IMG/VR virus record: IMGVR_UViG_3300028840_000761
Location: 772 to 64,771 of that record
Strand: one strand, 5' to 3'
DNA length: 64,000 bases
Source: a virus
Lineage: Duplodnaviria; Caudoviricetes
Shown: piece by piece, positions 1-10,800 of the stretch
Layout of the letters: each line of letters opens with the position of its first letter
How positions within the stretch are numbered: position 1 is the stretch's first letter
Translations under genes and position numbers: made by a program
Notes under the pieces: model-generated
Database searches by the model: none
What the model saw: only the letters and a program-made list of their open reading frames with translations
What the model was told of the DNA's origin: nothing

Positions 1-520
1 TGTTTTTGGTGAAGAGACCGGTAAGCAATTAGCGGTCGACATGAGCGCCAAGGGCGCTATCGCGGTTATCGAAGAAGAAATCGAATCACCCGCTGCCCTC
101 GCTGAGTTCATGGAAGGCGAAGGACGCAAGACTGTTATGGCAGCGGCAGTTGCCAAGTTCGGCGACGCCAATGCTTTCGCCGACCCCTCTGCTGGCCTGA
201 TGGAAGTTGATCTTGAAGACCAGCCCGATCCGCAGGTTGATGAAGTAGTCGACGAGGAAACCTACATCGAAGATGAGAAGATGTATCTCATCGAGATCGA
301 TGAGGTGGAAGGTCGTCCGAACTTTGAGGTCGTTGGCGTGAACGGCAAGGTGTTCCGTATCCAGCGCGGTGTCCCGGCGAAGGTTCCGGGCAGCGTACTG
401 GAAGTGCTGAACAACGCTGTTGCCGAGCGCATTGTCCAGACACACAACCCACAGGGCGGTGTGACGACAAGACGGCAGAAATATTCAACCGTACCTTTCA
501 GGGTGCTGAAAGCGTTTTAA
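1..520 (+). CDS. Conserved head-region phage protein, 5'-truncated by the window edge
   Basis: The frame is open from position 2 (VFGEETGKQLAVDM...). The C-terminal VGVNGKVFRIQRGVPAKVP motif is typical of genes after N4-gp56-type capsids. The likely start is the AAGGAG-N-ATG at 63998. Confidence 0.6.
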   Translation, partial: VFGEETGKQLAVDMSAKGAIAVIEEEIESPAALAEFMEGEGRKTVMAAAVAKFGDANAFADPSAGLMEVDLEDQPDPQVDEVVDEETYIEDEKMYLIEIDEVEGRPNFEVVGVNGKVFRIQRGVPAKVPGSVLEVLNNAVAERIVQTHNPQGGVTTRRQKYSTVPFRVLKAF

Positions 521-523
521 GCC

Positions 524-1210
524 ATGACCAGACTCCAGATGCTCAACGAGCTGCGTGTCAAGATTGACGACACACAGGCTCGTAAGAAGTGGCAGGACAG
601 GGAACTCCTAGCGTTCCTTGCCGAGGGACAAGATAAATTCTGCGAAGATACAGGGTACTTCACAGACGTCTCTACGTTCACTGTCGATACGATCATTGAT
701 CAGGCTGTCTATGACATTCCTGAGCGGATCATTTCGATCAAGGACATCTGGTATGGCACGAAACGGTTAGGCAGGTATCAGGAGTACCTGAAAGCATGGG
801 GTATCCCCTCCATCGACTCCTTTACCTTCAACCCTGATGGACAGACGCCGTACCTCTGGCAGGCCGATGAAGAGACGGGCGTTCTGACCCTGTACCCAAC
901 ACCTCAAGAAGAGGTCACTCTCAACCTCCGGGTCTGGCGGTACTCGTTGTATTCCCTCGACGATGAAGACATCGATGGGAATGGGACACCGGCCAGCCCG
1001 GAGTTACCATTCAGGCTCCAGCGGGCTTGTATCGAATGGGCCGCGTTCAAGGCATACTCTGACCATGATGCAGAGAAGGGTGACACGACAGAAGCACAAG
1101 ACCACATGGCCGCGTACAGACTATACGTGACCGATGGCAAGAAGGCGATTCGTAGACGCCAGTCTGAAGAGACGACAGTAAACGGCAACCCGACATACCT
1201 GCTGAGGTGA
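524..1210 (+). CDS. Putative head-tail adaptor protein
   Basis: 228 aa. The pattern W-x-D-x-EL...EGQDKFC...LYPTP...PELP resembles podovirus adaptors, and the position after the head genes fits. Confidence 0.6.
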   Translation: MTRLQMLNELRVKIDDTQARKKWQDRELLAFLAEGQDKFCEDTGYFTDVSTFTVDTIIDQAVYDIPERIISIKDIWYGTKRLGRYQEYLKAWGIPSIDSFTFNPDGQTPYLWQADEETGVLTLYPTPQEEVTLNLRVWRYSLYSLDDEDIDGNGTPASPELPFRLQRACIEWAAFKAYSDHDAEKGDTTEAQDHMAAYRLYVTDGKKAIRRRQSEETTVNGNPTYLLR

Positions 1211-1211
1211 T

Positions 1212-2183
1212 ATGGGTAAGCTCAAGTTTAAGTTCGGGGGCGTGAACAATGTCCTTGACTCCGCAGAAGTCAACCAGCGTGATGACTACCGTGCGCCATA
1301 TACTGGTATGGTACAGGGCACCGATATAGATATCAGCGATCGTATGGCTGTGCGTCGTCGACCGGGGCGTGAGGTTGCCGCTCTGATCCCTAACGCTCAC
1401 AGTCTATGGTCGCCGGAAGGACACGAGTGGGCTTATTACGTCAGCAGCTTTGGCCTGTGGAAGCTCTCTCCCGTGTATCTTTCTTACCTCAAGGCCACGC
1501 TGACTTCAGACGCTCCGATGGCGTATGTCGATGTGAACAGCGCATTCGTCTACTCCAACGGAGTCGATATAGGGGTACTGGTGAATGACGATGCCTCCTC
1601 ACGACCCAGCACCCAGAAGGTAGGGCGCATCCCGCTTAAACCCGGGGTGTGCCTTGCTTTCTATAACGCTCGTGTTTACAGCGCAGCTCTTGATGGTGTG
1701 CTCTATTACACCGATCCACATGATCTCGACTACATGACTGAAGACCACTGCCGTATCCCGCTTGGTGGGGTAGGCACGATGGTGCAGGCAGTGGATAACG
1801 GGCTGTGGGTATCGACCGGTAAGAAGCTGGCATTCCTTGCCGGAGATGATGCGGATACTTTCCAATGGCAGGATCATGGTGAATACTTTGCCATCCCCGG
1901 CGCGAGTATGAGGGTGTCCACAAAGAAGATGCGCGGTATGAATTTGCCCGGTAAATGGTGCGCTGTCTGGGCGTCGGTCAAGGGTGTGTGTATCGGCACG
2001 GCAGATGGCAACCTGATCAACCTATCCGAAGAAACTTATTCCTATGCGCCCGGGAACAGGGGGGCTATAATGCTGCGTGAGACCGAAGGGCTTGTGCACA
2101 TTGTTGTGTCGCTCCAGTCCGCCGGAACGAACTATAACCAAGACTCAACAACGATAGCCCCGAGCAGGCTGGTGTTGAACTAA
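1212..2183 (+). CDS. Virion tail/nozzle-like structural protein
   Basis: 323 aa, beta-rich, starts FGGVNN...RRRPG and follows the adaptor gene. Confidence 0.5.
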   Translation: MGKLKFKFGGVNNVLDSAEVNQRDDYRAPYTGMVQGTDIDISDRMAVRRRPGREVAALIPNAHSLWSPEGHEWAYYVSSFGLWKLSPVYLSYLKATLTSDAPMAYVDVNSAFVYSNGVDIGVLVNDDASSRPSTQKVGRIPLKPGVCLAFYNARVYSAALDGVLYYTDPHDLDYMTEDHCRIPLGGVGTMVQAVDNGLWVSTGKKLAFLAGDDADTFQWQDHGEYFAIPGASMRVSTKKMRGMNLPGKWCAVWASVKGVCIGTADGNLINLSEETYSYAPGNRGAIMLRETEGLVHIVVSLQSAGTNYNQDSTTIAPSRLVLN

Positions 2184-2193
2184 GGAGGAAATC

Positions 2194-2988
2194 ATGTCGC
2201 TTCGCTATTCGACTGGACTGAGAAACGCACTCGCTGCGGGCAAAGACCTCGCTTCGGCTCTCGCCGAGGGACGTCTGTTTGTCTACAGTGGCGCACAACC
2301 CGCTGACCCGGACACTGGTGCGGATGCCTTCACCACTCTGGTGATCTTCACCAAGGACGGCAACGCCTACACAGCCCCGGCCTCAGCCACCGGCTCGATT
2401 ACCCTCTCGGGTAGCGGCGTCGGCGGTGGATCGGTCGACACTCTCAAGGTCGGCGGTATGGCCGAGAACCTTCTCGGCGGTTCTGTACCGTGGAACACTG
2501 ACCTCGCTACCACGACAGATGATGTGGCGGATGCAATCAACGCGACCAAGAACGCGCTTGAGATCATCGCTGTCTCTGATGGCGTGGACACTGTCACCCT
2601 GTACGCTCCGATTCGTCTCGGTGCACAGGCCGCTGGCCTGACGGTTGCGTCGACTGAGACTGCTGGCACTTCGCTGGCTGTCGCCGACACCGGTTTCACC
2701 GGCGGCACTGATGCAGTCAACGGTCTGAACCTGACCTTCCCGGCGGCTGCTGGTGTTATCACCAAGGACTCCGACACATGGTCTGGCACCGTGCTGGCCA
2801 GCGGTAACGCAGGCTGGTTCCGGTTCGTCGCAGGTGGCAGCTCACCGAATGGCAGCTCCACTACTGATGTCCGCATGGACGGCACCATCGCAGTCGGCGG
2901 CGGCGATATGACCGTGTCGACTCTGGCTCTGGCCATCAGCAACGTCGAGACATTCAGCACATTCCAGTTGACGATCCCGGCCAGTTAA
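2194..2988 (+). CDS. Virion structural (tail) protein
   Basis: Strong SD TAAGGAGG. G/T/A-rich, with the recurrent phage motifs MSLRYSTGLRN and AGWFRF...RMDG. Confidence 0.6.
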   Translation: MSLRYSTGLRNALAAGKDLASALAEGRLFVYSGAQPADPDTGADAFTTLVIFTKDGNAYTAPASATGSITLSGSGVGGGSVDTLKVGGMAENLLGGSVPWNTDLATTTDDVADAINATKNALEIIAVSDGVDTVTLYAPIRLGAQAAGLTVASTETAGTSLAVADTGFTGGTDAVNGLNLTFPAAAGVITKDSDTWSGTVLASGNAGWFRFVAGGSSPNGSSTTDVRMDGTIAVGGGDMTVSTLALAISNVETFSTFQLTIPAS

Positions 2989-3000
2989 AAGGAGCCAGCT

Positions 3001-3780
3001 ATGGCTACTTGGTCATTTGACGGATCGCTACCAGTAGCATCTTCCTCCAGTGAGTTCACCGGCGGGTGGGGGTTAGTAGCAACCCTGCCCGTCATGACTC
3101 TGGAGGCGGCGTATAAGACCGGCTGGAAGCTGGATGCGGAAGTCCGGCTCGTACCCAGACTCTCGTCTTCGTCGCGCCAGAAGTGGAGAATGGCTGGCGA
3201 GCTGCCAGTGGCTGTCATGTCGGCAGTATTCTCGCACGGCAATACATGGTCGCTCGATGCCACACTCCCAGTCGTTGAGATGGAAGGCTACTTCTATCTC
3301 ATCGATGCAGATTCCCAGACCGCCTTCTGCCTGAACCCAATGAACCGTGCCCATGCCGAGTACACGAACTTCGCGTTCAACAGTTTCTGTGAATTTAATG
3401 GCGCGTTTCTTGGACTCGACTCCATTGGTATCTATACCCTGACAGGTGAAGACGATGCCGGTACCCCGATCGACTCCTCCTTACGATTCGGCCCGGTAGA
3501 TGAGGACAGCAGCAAACAGAAGCGGGTGGACAGCGTTTACCTCAACTTACGCCATGACGGAGAAATCAATGTACTGATGAAGTATGACGAGATGGAAGAA
3601 GACGTCTCAGTAATCGATCATGATCCGACTATCGATCCGGTTGGCATTTACACACGACGAGCCAAGTTTAGCAGAGGGGCAAGAGGCAGGAACCTTCAGG
3701 TTGGGATCGAGAATGTATCCGGAGCTGACTTCGAGATAGTTGATCTTCTGGTGGTGACCGTACCTCTGTCGAGGTCATGA
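3001..3780 (+). CDS. Virion structural protein
   Basis: 259 aa with SD AAGGAG, inside the structural operon. Confidence 0.5.
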   Translation: MATWSFDGSLPVASSSSEFTGGWGLVATLPVMTLEAAYKTGWKLDAEVRLVPRLSSSSRQKWRMAGELPVAVMSAVFSHGNTWSLDATLPVVEMEGYFYLIDADSQTAFCLNPMNRAHAEYTNFAFNSFCEFNGAFLGLDSIGIYTLTGEDDAGTPIDSSLRFGPVDEDSSKQKRVDSVYLNLRHDGEINVLMKYDEMEEDVSVIDHDPTIDPVGIYTRRAKFSRGARGRNLQVGIENVSGADFEIVDLLVVTVPLSRS

Positions 3781-5150
3781 ACAAACTCCACATAAACACC
3801 AACGGTGCGGATGCTGATGCGTGGCGTGGCAAAGCCGTTCAGTTATTCCGTGCTTGTGAGCGCCAACGTGTCAAGCTGGGGAAACGTACTCTCCAGCTTG
3901 TTCGTCAATTTGGTGATGTGACCATCAAGGTTCGTTCCACTACCTATACCGCTGGCAACATCGCGTGGATTTCAGCTGGCGGCGTCTACACTACCTTGCT
4001 CATGATCACCGATGCTCGTATCACCATCGATGCGTTCTGGGATTACAGCGGTGGATACTCCTGCGACCAGTATCAAGTCGTCGACCCGTACGACAACATC
4101 AACGAAGACCTCGCTACTGGTTTAGCCTCGTTCTTCCCATACAACGTATACCCGGTACCAACATTCAATGATGGCGTAGCGACCAGCGATCCCGATCGCA
4201 GCTACGCATTGGACTCTATCCACATCGTGCAGTTCAACTACTCTGGTATACCAGCGTACGAGCTGCGCATGTACATCCAGAGGGATGGAGTCACAGTCGA
4301 CAGCGACACCTTACTGTGGTCTTCCGAGACTGTGTTTATCGGAACCCCCGGCTGGGCAGGTAGCTGGGTCATATCGTCCAGACCATACGCCACCTCTGCC
4401 ATAGACACATGGCTAGGGGCTGGCTCTGCTTTCGGCTACACGGTGATGGGCGTCGTCGGCAACTTCACGATGAACAACAAGCTCTACACGTTCTACCACG
4501 AACAAAGCGCCGGTGTGAGGTACTGGTACCTGCTGGGGTTCTCCATGACTGACGGTTCATTGGTCGAGGACTACCTACTGACGAACAGCATCTCTACGTC
4601 TATCCTGCCGATGCAGCGCCAACCGCTGGTGTTCTTCCACGACAACACCAATATCGCAGGCGACGAGGTGGTCTACACTGTGAGGCGGGATACCGACATC
4701 ATGGTACATGATCTGCGCACCGGGTCGGTTATCGAGTCCGTCCACTCCCTGACAGGGTTAGGCGGCGGCACCCTTGAGCTGCGTGACTTGGCTGTAACCG
4801 AGACCTACGTCTACGTGCTGACCCGCGAGTATAACGGATCGGACTTCGATCTGGTCGTTCATCGTGCTCCGCGTTTCACAACCGTGGCCCCAGTGTCGTG
4901 GACGACCATACTGTCTGTGAATACGGACGGTACGTGGCACTTCGGCAACAACTCGTTCTACACTATTGCTGTGTCAAGCGACGATAGCAAACTGTTCACT
5001 TGTTGGCGGGAAGGGGCGTCTGCGTTCATGACAACGCAGCTGTGCTACTTTAAGGTGTATGATATATCTGCTCTGCCTGCTACGTTGGAGCATTCGGAGA
5101 ACTCTTTGACCGATCCATCACCGAATATTATCGACTTGAAATACATATGA
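3777..5150 (+). CDS. Putative tail/receptor-binding protein (beta-propeller-like)
   Basis: 457 aa with ATGA overlap. A basic N-terminus is followed by aromatic-rich beta-strand segments. Confidence 0.4.
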   Translation: MNKLHINTNGADADAWRGKAVQLFRACERQRVKLGKRTLQLVRQFGDVTIKVRSTTYTAGNIAWISAGGVYTTLLMITDARITIDAFWDYSGGYSCDQYQVVDPYDNINEDLATGLASFFPYNVYPVPTFNDGVATSDPDRSYALDSIHIVQFNYSGIPAYELRMYIQRDGVTVDSDTLLWSSETVFIGTPGWAGSWVISSRPYATSAIDTWLGAGSAFGYTVMGVVGNFTMNNKLYTFYHEQSAGVRYWYLLGFSMTDGSLVEDYLLTNSISTSILPMQRQPLVFFHDNTNIAGDEVVYTVRRDTDIMVHDLRTGSVIESVHSLTGLGGGTLELRDLAVTETYVYVLTREYNGSDFDLVVHRAPRFTTVAPVSWTTILSVNTDGTWHFGNNSFYTIAVSSDDSKLFTCWREGASAFMTTQLCYFKVYDISALPATLEHSENSLTDPSPNIIDLKYI

Positions 5151-5164
5151 TAACACGTTAGACT
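5136..5164 (+). promoter_or_regulatory. Sigma70-like promoter for the internal virion genes
   Basis: TTGAAA(5136-41)-17 nt-TAGACT(5159-64), upstream of GAGGTG-ATG at 5190. Confidence 0.5.
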
Positions 5165-5189
5165 ACCGATATTGTAAGCGAGGTGCCCT

Positions 5190-6176
5190 ATGCCTTTTGA
5201 TGATTATGTCCAAGACCTACAGAGCATTCGTAACGACGCTAAAGCATCTCTTGATGATGCGCAGTCAGCTGTCGACAGGATTGTCGATGGTGCGTTGAAC
5301 GACTTTACTGGGGCATCTGATACCTATGCCGATTTCAGTATCGGCAACGCCCCAATCGAAACCCAGATGCCAACTCCGGAGCCGGAGCTGGTCATCCCCC
5401 CTTTCGACCAATCGTGGCTCAACGACTTCGATCCTTATGAGATCATCCAGACGGGCCGATATGACTCTGAGTTCCTTGAAGACCTTGAGCAGAACTGCCG
5501 CTCGGTCTTTGCCGGGACGATCCCCGGGTTCACCTACGGCTCTGTTGTGGCCCTGTTCCAGTGGCGTGAAGAACAGGATCAGCGTGACATGCAGCTGGAG
5601 ATGGATCAGGCATCCATTGAGTTCGGTGCTCGCCGTGGCTTCCCGATCCCGGCTGACGCCGAGACCTACAAGAAGAACGAAATCCTGCGCCGTTACTCCA
5701 ACCAGCAGAATGACCGCACCCGCGAGAGCACGACCCTGCTGGCCAACGCACTGATCGACGCCTACAAAGATGCTATGGACTCCGGTATCAAGATCGAAGA
5801 TATTCGGTCTCGCCAGTTCACTGCCATCCTCAACGCACTGATCGAGCGAATCCGCGCACAGGTAGATGTCTACCAAGCTACAATCCAAGGACTGGTTGCC
5901 GAGTTCCAAGGCGAGATCGACCTGATCAAGATCGAGGCAGAGGTCGCTCGAAGCAACGGGGCACTGAATGCCGCCTACGCTGACAACACCATCCGTAAGA
6001 CGCTCGGACTGCGCAACATCAAGCTGGGCATCATCAACCGTGAATATGACGAAGTCAATGTGACCAACGGGCTGAAGGTCAACTCGGCCAACGCATTGAT
6101 GAACGCATGGGCAGACATCTACGGCTCCGCGGCTCTCGGTGTCCAGACTTCTGCGAACGAACAGTATACAGGATAG
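5190..6176 (+). CDS. Virion protein (helical, putative internal/ejection protein)
   Basis: 328 aa, coiled-coil character, ARRGFPIP motif, directly upstream of two further large helical genes. Confidence 0.5.
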   Translation: MPFDDYVQDLQSIRNDAKASLDDAQSAVDRIVDGALNDFTGASDTYADFSIGNAPIETQMPTPEPELVIPPFDQSWLNDFDPYEIIQTGRYDSEFLEDLEQNCRSVFAGTIPGFTYGSVVALFQWREEQDQRDMQLEMDQASIEFGARRGFPIPADAETYKKNEILRRYSNQQNDRTRESTTLLANALIDAYKDAMDSGIKIEDIRSRQFTAILNALIERIRAQVDVYQATIQGLVAEFQGEIDLIKIEAEVARSNGALNAAYADNTIRKTLGLRNIKLGIINREYDEVNVTNGLKVNSANALMNAWADIYGSAALGVQTSANEQYTG

Positions 6177-6185
6177 GAGTAAATC

Positions 6186-7865
6186 ATGGCTGAACTAGCC
6201 CGGTACGATAAGAACAAGGGGCCGGTCACCGCGCCCCCGGCTCAGGCACCGTCTCAGACCGAGGCGATGGGTATGCGCCCCATGGTCAGGAACCCTGAGC
6301 CACAGACTCCTGTTCAGGCTCCTCAAGCCAGCACCGCTGGACTGCGCTGGGCCAAGGGGCTTCCTGCCCGTGTCAGTAAGGCGATGGGCATGAACCTGAC
6401 CCCGGCTGAGCGTACCGAGACGCTGGTTCGATCCCTGAACCCCGTTCGCACCGTACCGAACTTGATTAACCAAATGGTGGAAGGTGCACCGGCAGGGGTC
6501 AAGACCGCCATGAGCGAGGGGCAGGGAACTATGGGGTTTCCCGAGACCTCGATCCGTGAGATGGCCCGTACCCAGCAGCTGACCAACGCTGACTACGGTG
6601 GCGTGATACCGAACATGCTCCCGAACATCGAGAAGGCGATCGACTCAAATGCCGCGATTCGTGAGCAGGGGATCGAGGCAGCTGGAGCACAGGATACCGG
6701 TGGTGCCGGACTCAGGGGCACCAAGCCGTCTGACATGCCGCTGCTCGCCGAAGCTGAAGGCCGCCCCTCTGGTGGGCCAAGGATTTTCACCGACGCCGCC
6801 AACGCTCGATTCAATGGCATCACCGTTGACTACGACGAAGCGACCGGACAAAACACTTACACCGATGCCGGTGGTAACATCATTAATCCCGCCGACTTCG
6901 ACCCGCAGGGGCTTGGGAACGAAGGCCCACGACTTCCGGGTGCTGAGTACGATGCGTTTACACCTGCCGCACGCCCCGGCTTGACCACCATCCCAGACGA
7001 AAGCATGGGTGTCATCGCTGGCACTGGTCGTGATGCTCGTATCCTCGGCCCAACCACTGGTATGCGCGATGTCGCAGCTGGTGGCGGAGGTGGGGGCGGC
7101 GCAGTTGCACCCGGGGGCGGAGGTGCACCGGGAGGCGGAGCAGGATTCCTCAACGCAGAAGACGCCCGCAATCTGCGGGCTATGGAAGCAGGTCTCCCGC
7201 AGGTACAGGCTGAGTACGATGCAGCTGTCGCCTCCGGTAAGCAAGACCGTATCGACCGCGCCAAACTGGCTCTGCTGACGCAGAAGGCCGACATGGAACG
7301 CCTGCGCACCGGTGAAGGTCTGCGCCGTGGCGGTTACCCGGATCAGATCGATGTCCGCACCGAGATGCTCAAGAGCCTGCCTGCTCCGGACGGCAGTGTT
7401 GAGACCGAAGTCCAACGTCGCCGCATCCTCAGTCAAGTGGCCGCGATGGATCAGGCAGCGGAGAACGCCGACATTGAGGGTCTGAAAGCACAGGCCAGTT
7501 ACAGAACGTCGCTTGGCCCGACCGAGACTGAGGCGCAGCGTGCACAGCGCCTTGCCGCCGCAGAGAAGGACACCGCTGCCGCTGCTGAGACCAGACGCAA
7601 TCTGGCCAAAGACCTTGGCGTGGTATTCGAGAATGCGTTCGATGCAACAGGCAATCCGATCCCGGGCCAGTCTGTCACCATGCCGGAGTTCGGTCTGTCG
7701 ATCCCGGCGACACAGTGGAACGGCGTGCAGAATCGCGCATACCAGAGCTACATTCCGGCCATGCGGCAGTCGCCGGAGTTTGCTGAGTTCTCTGAGCAGG
7801 AGATGATCCGCGAAGCGATTCGCCGCTCTCTCCTCGATCTTGGTGCAACAACCACAGAGGGATAA
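6186..7865 (+). CDS. Putative internal virion (ejection) protein
   Basis: 559 aa, A/G/P/Q-rich, SD TAGGAG, precedes the giant virion protein. Confidence 0.5.
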   Translation: MAELARYDKNKGPVTAPPAQAPSQTEAMGMRPMVRNPEPQTPVQAPQASTAGLRWAKGLPARVSKAMGMNLTPAERTETLVRSLNPVRTVPNLINQMVEGAPAGVKTAMSEGQGTMGFPETSIREMARTQQLTNADYGGVIPNMLPNIEKAIDSNAAIREQGIEAAGAQDTGGAGLRGTKPSDMPLLAEAEGRPSGGPRIFTDAANARFNGITVDYDEATGQNTYTDAGGNIINPADFDPQGLGNEGPRLPGAEYDAFTPAARPGLTTIPDESMGVIAGTGRDARILGPTTGMRDVAAGGGGGGGAVAPGGGGAPGGGAGFLNAEDARNLRAMEAGLPQVQAEYDAAVASGKQDRIDRAKLALLTQKADMERLRTGEGLRRGGYPDQIDVRTEMLKSLPAPDGSVETEVQRRRILSQVAAMDQAAENADIEGLKAQASYRTSLGPTETEAQRAQRLAAAEKDTAAAAETRRNLAKDLGVVFENAFDATGNPIPGQSVTMPEFGLSIPATQWNGVQNRAYQSYIPAMRQSPEFAEFSEQEMIREAIRRSLLDLGATTTEG

Positions 7866-7868
7866 ACA

Positions 7869-10800
7869 ATGGCACGTCCAAGAAGCATTCAAGAAATCCC
7901 GTTGAATATAGAGCCTGTCGCACCTCCTGCTCCAGCGGCAGGTGAGGGCGGCCCCGGCGTCGGAGACTATCTAGGTCTCGGTCTGCGTGGCGCGTTTGTT
8001 GAAGCTCCCATGCAGGCCGCTTCCACTTTCATCGGCGCATTCCAAGGAGCAGAAGGGGCAGCATCTGCTGGCGGCGAACAGGACGTTTTCGACAAGTTCG
8101 TGAGGATGGCCGATAAGAGCCGGGAAGAGTACAACCAAGATGTTGTCAACCGACTTGGCCCCGGGTTCGGCTCCGAGATGATCCAGTCTCTGCCTGATCT
8201 GGGCTACTCCGCTGCGTCTATCCCGATCGCTGCCGCAGGCCGTTTGGGTGGTGGAGCTGCCGGTACGTTCGTAGGTGGCCCGGGTGTCGGAACTGCCGCT
8301 GGTTGGATTGGTGGTACGCTCGCCGCTGAGCAGGCACTGAGTCGGTCGCAAGAATACCGTGAAGCACAGCAGTATCTCGATGCGTACGAGCAGCAGAAGG
8401 GCGCACCCCTGACGCCAGAAGAAGCCGCCGACGTTAAGGAGCAGCTGAAAGCCAATATCACCGCGTCTGGTAAGTACGAGTCGATCCCCGAGGCAATCGG
8501 TGCTGTCGTCGAGACTGCGATCCTCGGCAGGCTGTTCCGTGGCCAAGGTGGTCTTGCCAAGAACTTCCTCCGTGGCGCAGCCAGCACCGCAGCCATCGAA
8601 CTCCCGGGTGAGACGATCACCGAGATCGGTCAGACCCAGACCCGTGAGGGCACTATCCTCGATACCGGCGAGCGTGTTTCGTTCACAGACCCGGGCGACA
8701 TCGCTCGGGCCGTACGTCGGGTTGCCCCCGGTGTCCTGACCGTTGGCGGTGGGGTTGCTACTGTCGGTACTGCTGGCCGTCTGGCACTGGATGCGCGTCG
8801 TGATGAGATTCGTCGTCAGGGTCTCGGCATGACCAAGGAGCAACTCAAGGGGATCAAGAAGCAGCAGTTCCGTGAGAACGCCCGCAAGGTTCTGGACGCC
8901 CGCAAGTCCGACCCGAGCCTCCGGCTGTCCAACGACGAAGTGCTCAGCGTCCTGCAAGGCGCAGAGATCGCTGATGTCGTAGCGGCCCGTGAAACCGGCG
9001 AGACCCCGACCACTGCCAAGACCCCGGATCAAGCCGTTCAGGAAGCCCAGATTCAGGCCGAGAATGAAGACTACCTGCGCCGTGCCCAAGCACTGGGTAT
9101 CGAGACCGAGACCGTTAAGAAGGGCCGTCGCGGTGAGCCTGATGTCCGGACACCTAAAGACCCGGCTACTCTGAAGGCTGAAGTCGAGACCGCAGAGCGT
9201 GATGCCCGGGCCTACGAGGAACTCAAGGCTTCGGCAGCTGCCCTGAACATCGATGCACGGCGACTGCCGAAAGGTAAGAAGGCGACCAAGGTCGAAGTGC
9301 TGACGGCTGAGCAGTTGCAGGACGAGATCGATGTCGCCGAGTTGCAGGCCGAACTGTGGCAACGTGACTCGATGGAGAAGACCACGGCGGACATCAAGAA
9401 GAAGCAGGATGCTGGCGAACGCCTTGCCCCTGCCGAGATGGCCTTCGTTCGTAACAACCCGGATGCGTTCCCTGAAGCCGCCCCGGCACAGGAAGAAGTT
9501 CTGCCCGAAACCGAAGAAGAGGCGATTGCCGGATTCCGGCAGCAGGCGGCACCGACCGGCCCGCTCGCCGCTCCCGGCCAACCGACCGGTGTCGAACCCG
9601 GTGGTGCATCGTTCCGTCAGCCGACCGAAGCATTGATCGCTGAAGAAGACATCACCTCCGACCGTGCCGCTCTCGGTTCACTGTTTGGTGGCCCACTGGA
9701 AGAGGATGGCCAAGGCACGCCGTTCGCACTGGAGCAGGAGACCGTGGAGGAGGCGTCCGTCAGCGGACAGCAGACCCGCGAGATTCCGCAGATCACCGAG
9801 AACCGGACGGAGAAGGGCAACCTCAAGCGCAAGGGCGGATACTCTGTCGGCGACAGATCGTTCAATACCAGAGCACAGGCAGAAGCCTACCGTCAAACTC
9901 TTCTGGCCCCGGAAGGCGAGCAGCTCTCGTTCAAGTTCAATCAGGACATGACCGACCTGTTCGGCCCGGTGATGGTGACCGAAGCGGAGATGGAAGCAGG
10001 GTTCACACAGGCTCCTGTTGACGCCGTCTACCAAGGTATCCGGCAAGGTCTGGCCGATGGCCGGATCAACGCCGAAAATGTCCAGCAGTTCTACGAGGCG
10101 CTGAAGGAGATTGATCCACGCTACGGCACCCTGCTGTTGCGGGAGATCGAGGCCAATGGATTCCAAGGTACAGCACCTCGCCAGCTGACCACGCCGCAGC
10201 CGCAGCTTGAAGGGCCGTCATACCGGACGCCTGAGAATACTTATCTGCGCTCCGATCTCGGGCAGCTCCAGACCGTTCCGGGCCAAGGGCCGCGCAACCT
10301 GCCGCCATTTCCTCCCGGTGGTCAGGCACCGACCAATGTGCTCGGGCGTGGTGAGCCGGTCTTCGGTCAAGGAACTGAGATAGCGACCCTTGCCGATCTG
10401 GCAAAGCAGGCCAGCCATCAGGCAAAGCGGATCGATGCCATTCGTGAGCTGGTACAGCAGCACGGCCAAGACCCGAATATAGTCTACAGGATGCCCCTGA
10501 GCCGTCTGGAGCAAGAACTCGTACAGGCCCGACGCACGGGCAAGGTCGCCAGCAATCGCATCGCACAGCGCGAATTTGAGACCCTGATCGCTGAAAGACC
10601 GGCTGTCCATAACGGTATCGCCGACGCTCTGGCCGAGTACGAGGGGGTCACTGACTTCTACAACAACCCACAGGCACTGATGCAGGTACCGCGTGACAAC
10701 ACCCTCATGCGTATCGTCAAGACAGACAAGGGCTACGCTCTGGTCACCCGCAGAGGATTCGATCGCGCTGTCACCAAGATGAGCCAGAGGCAACAGCAGG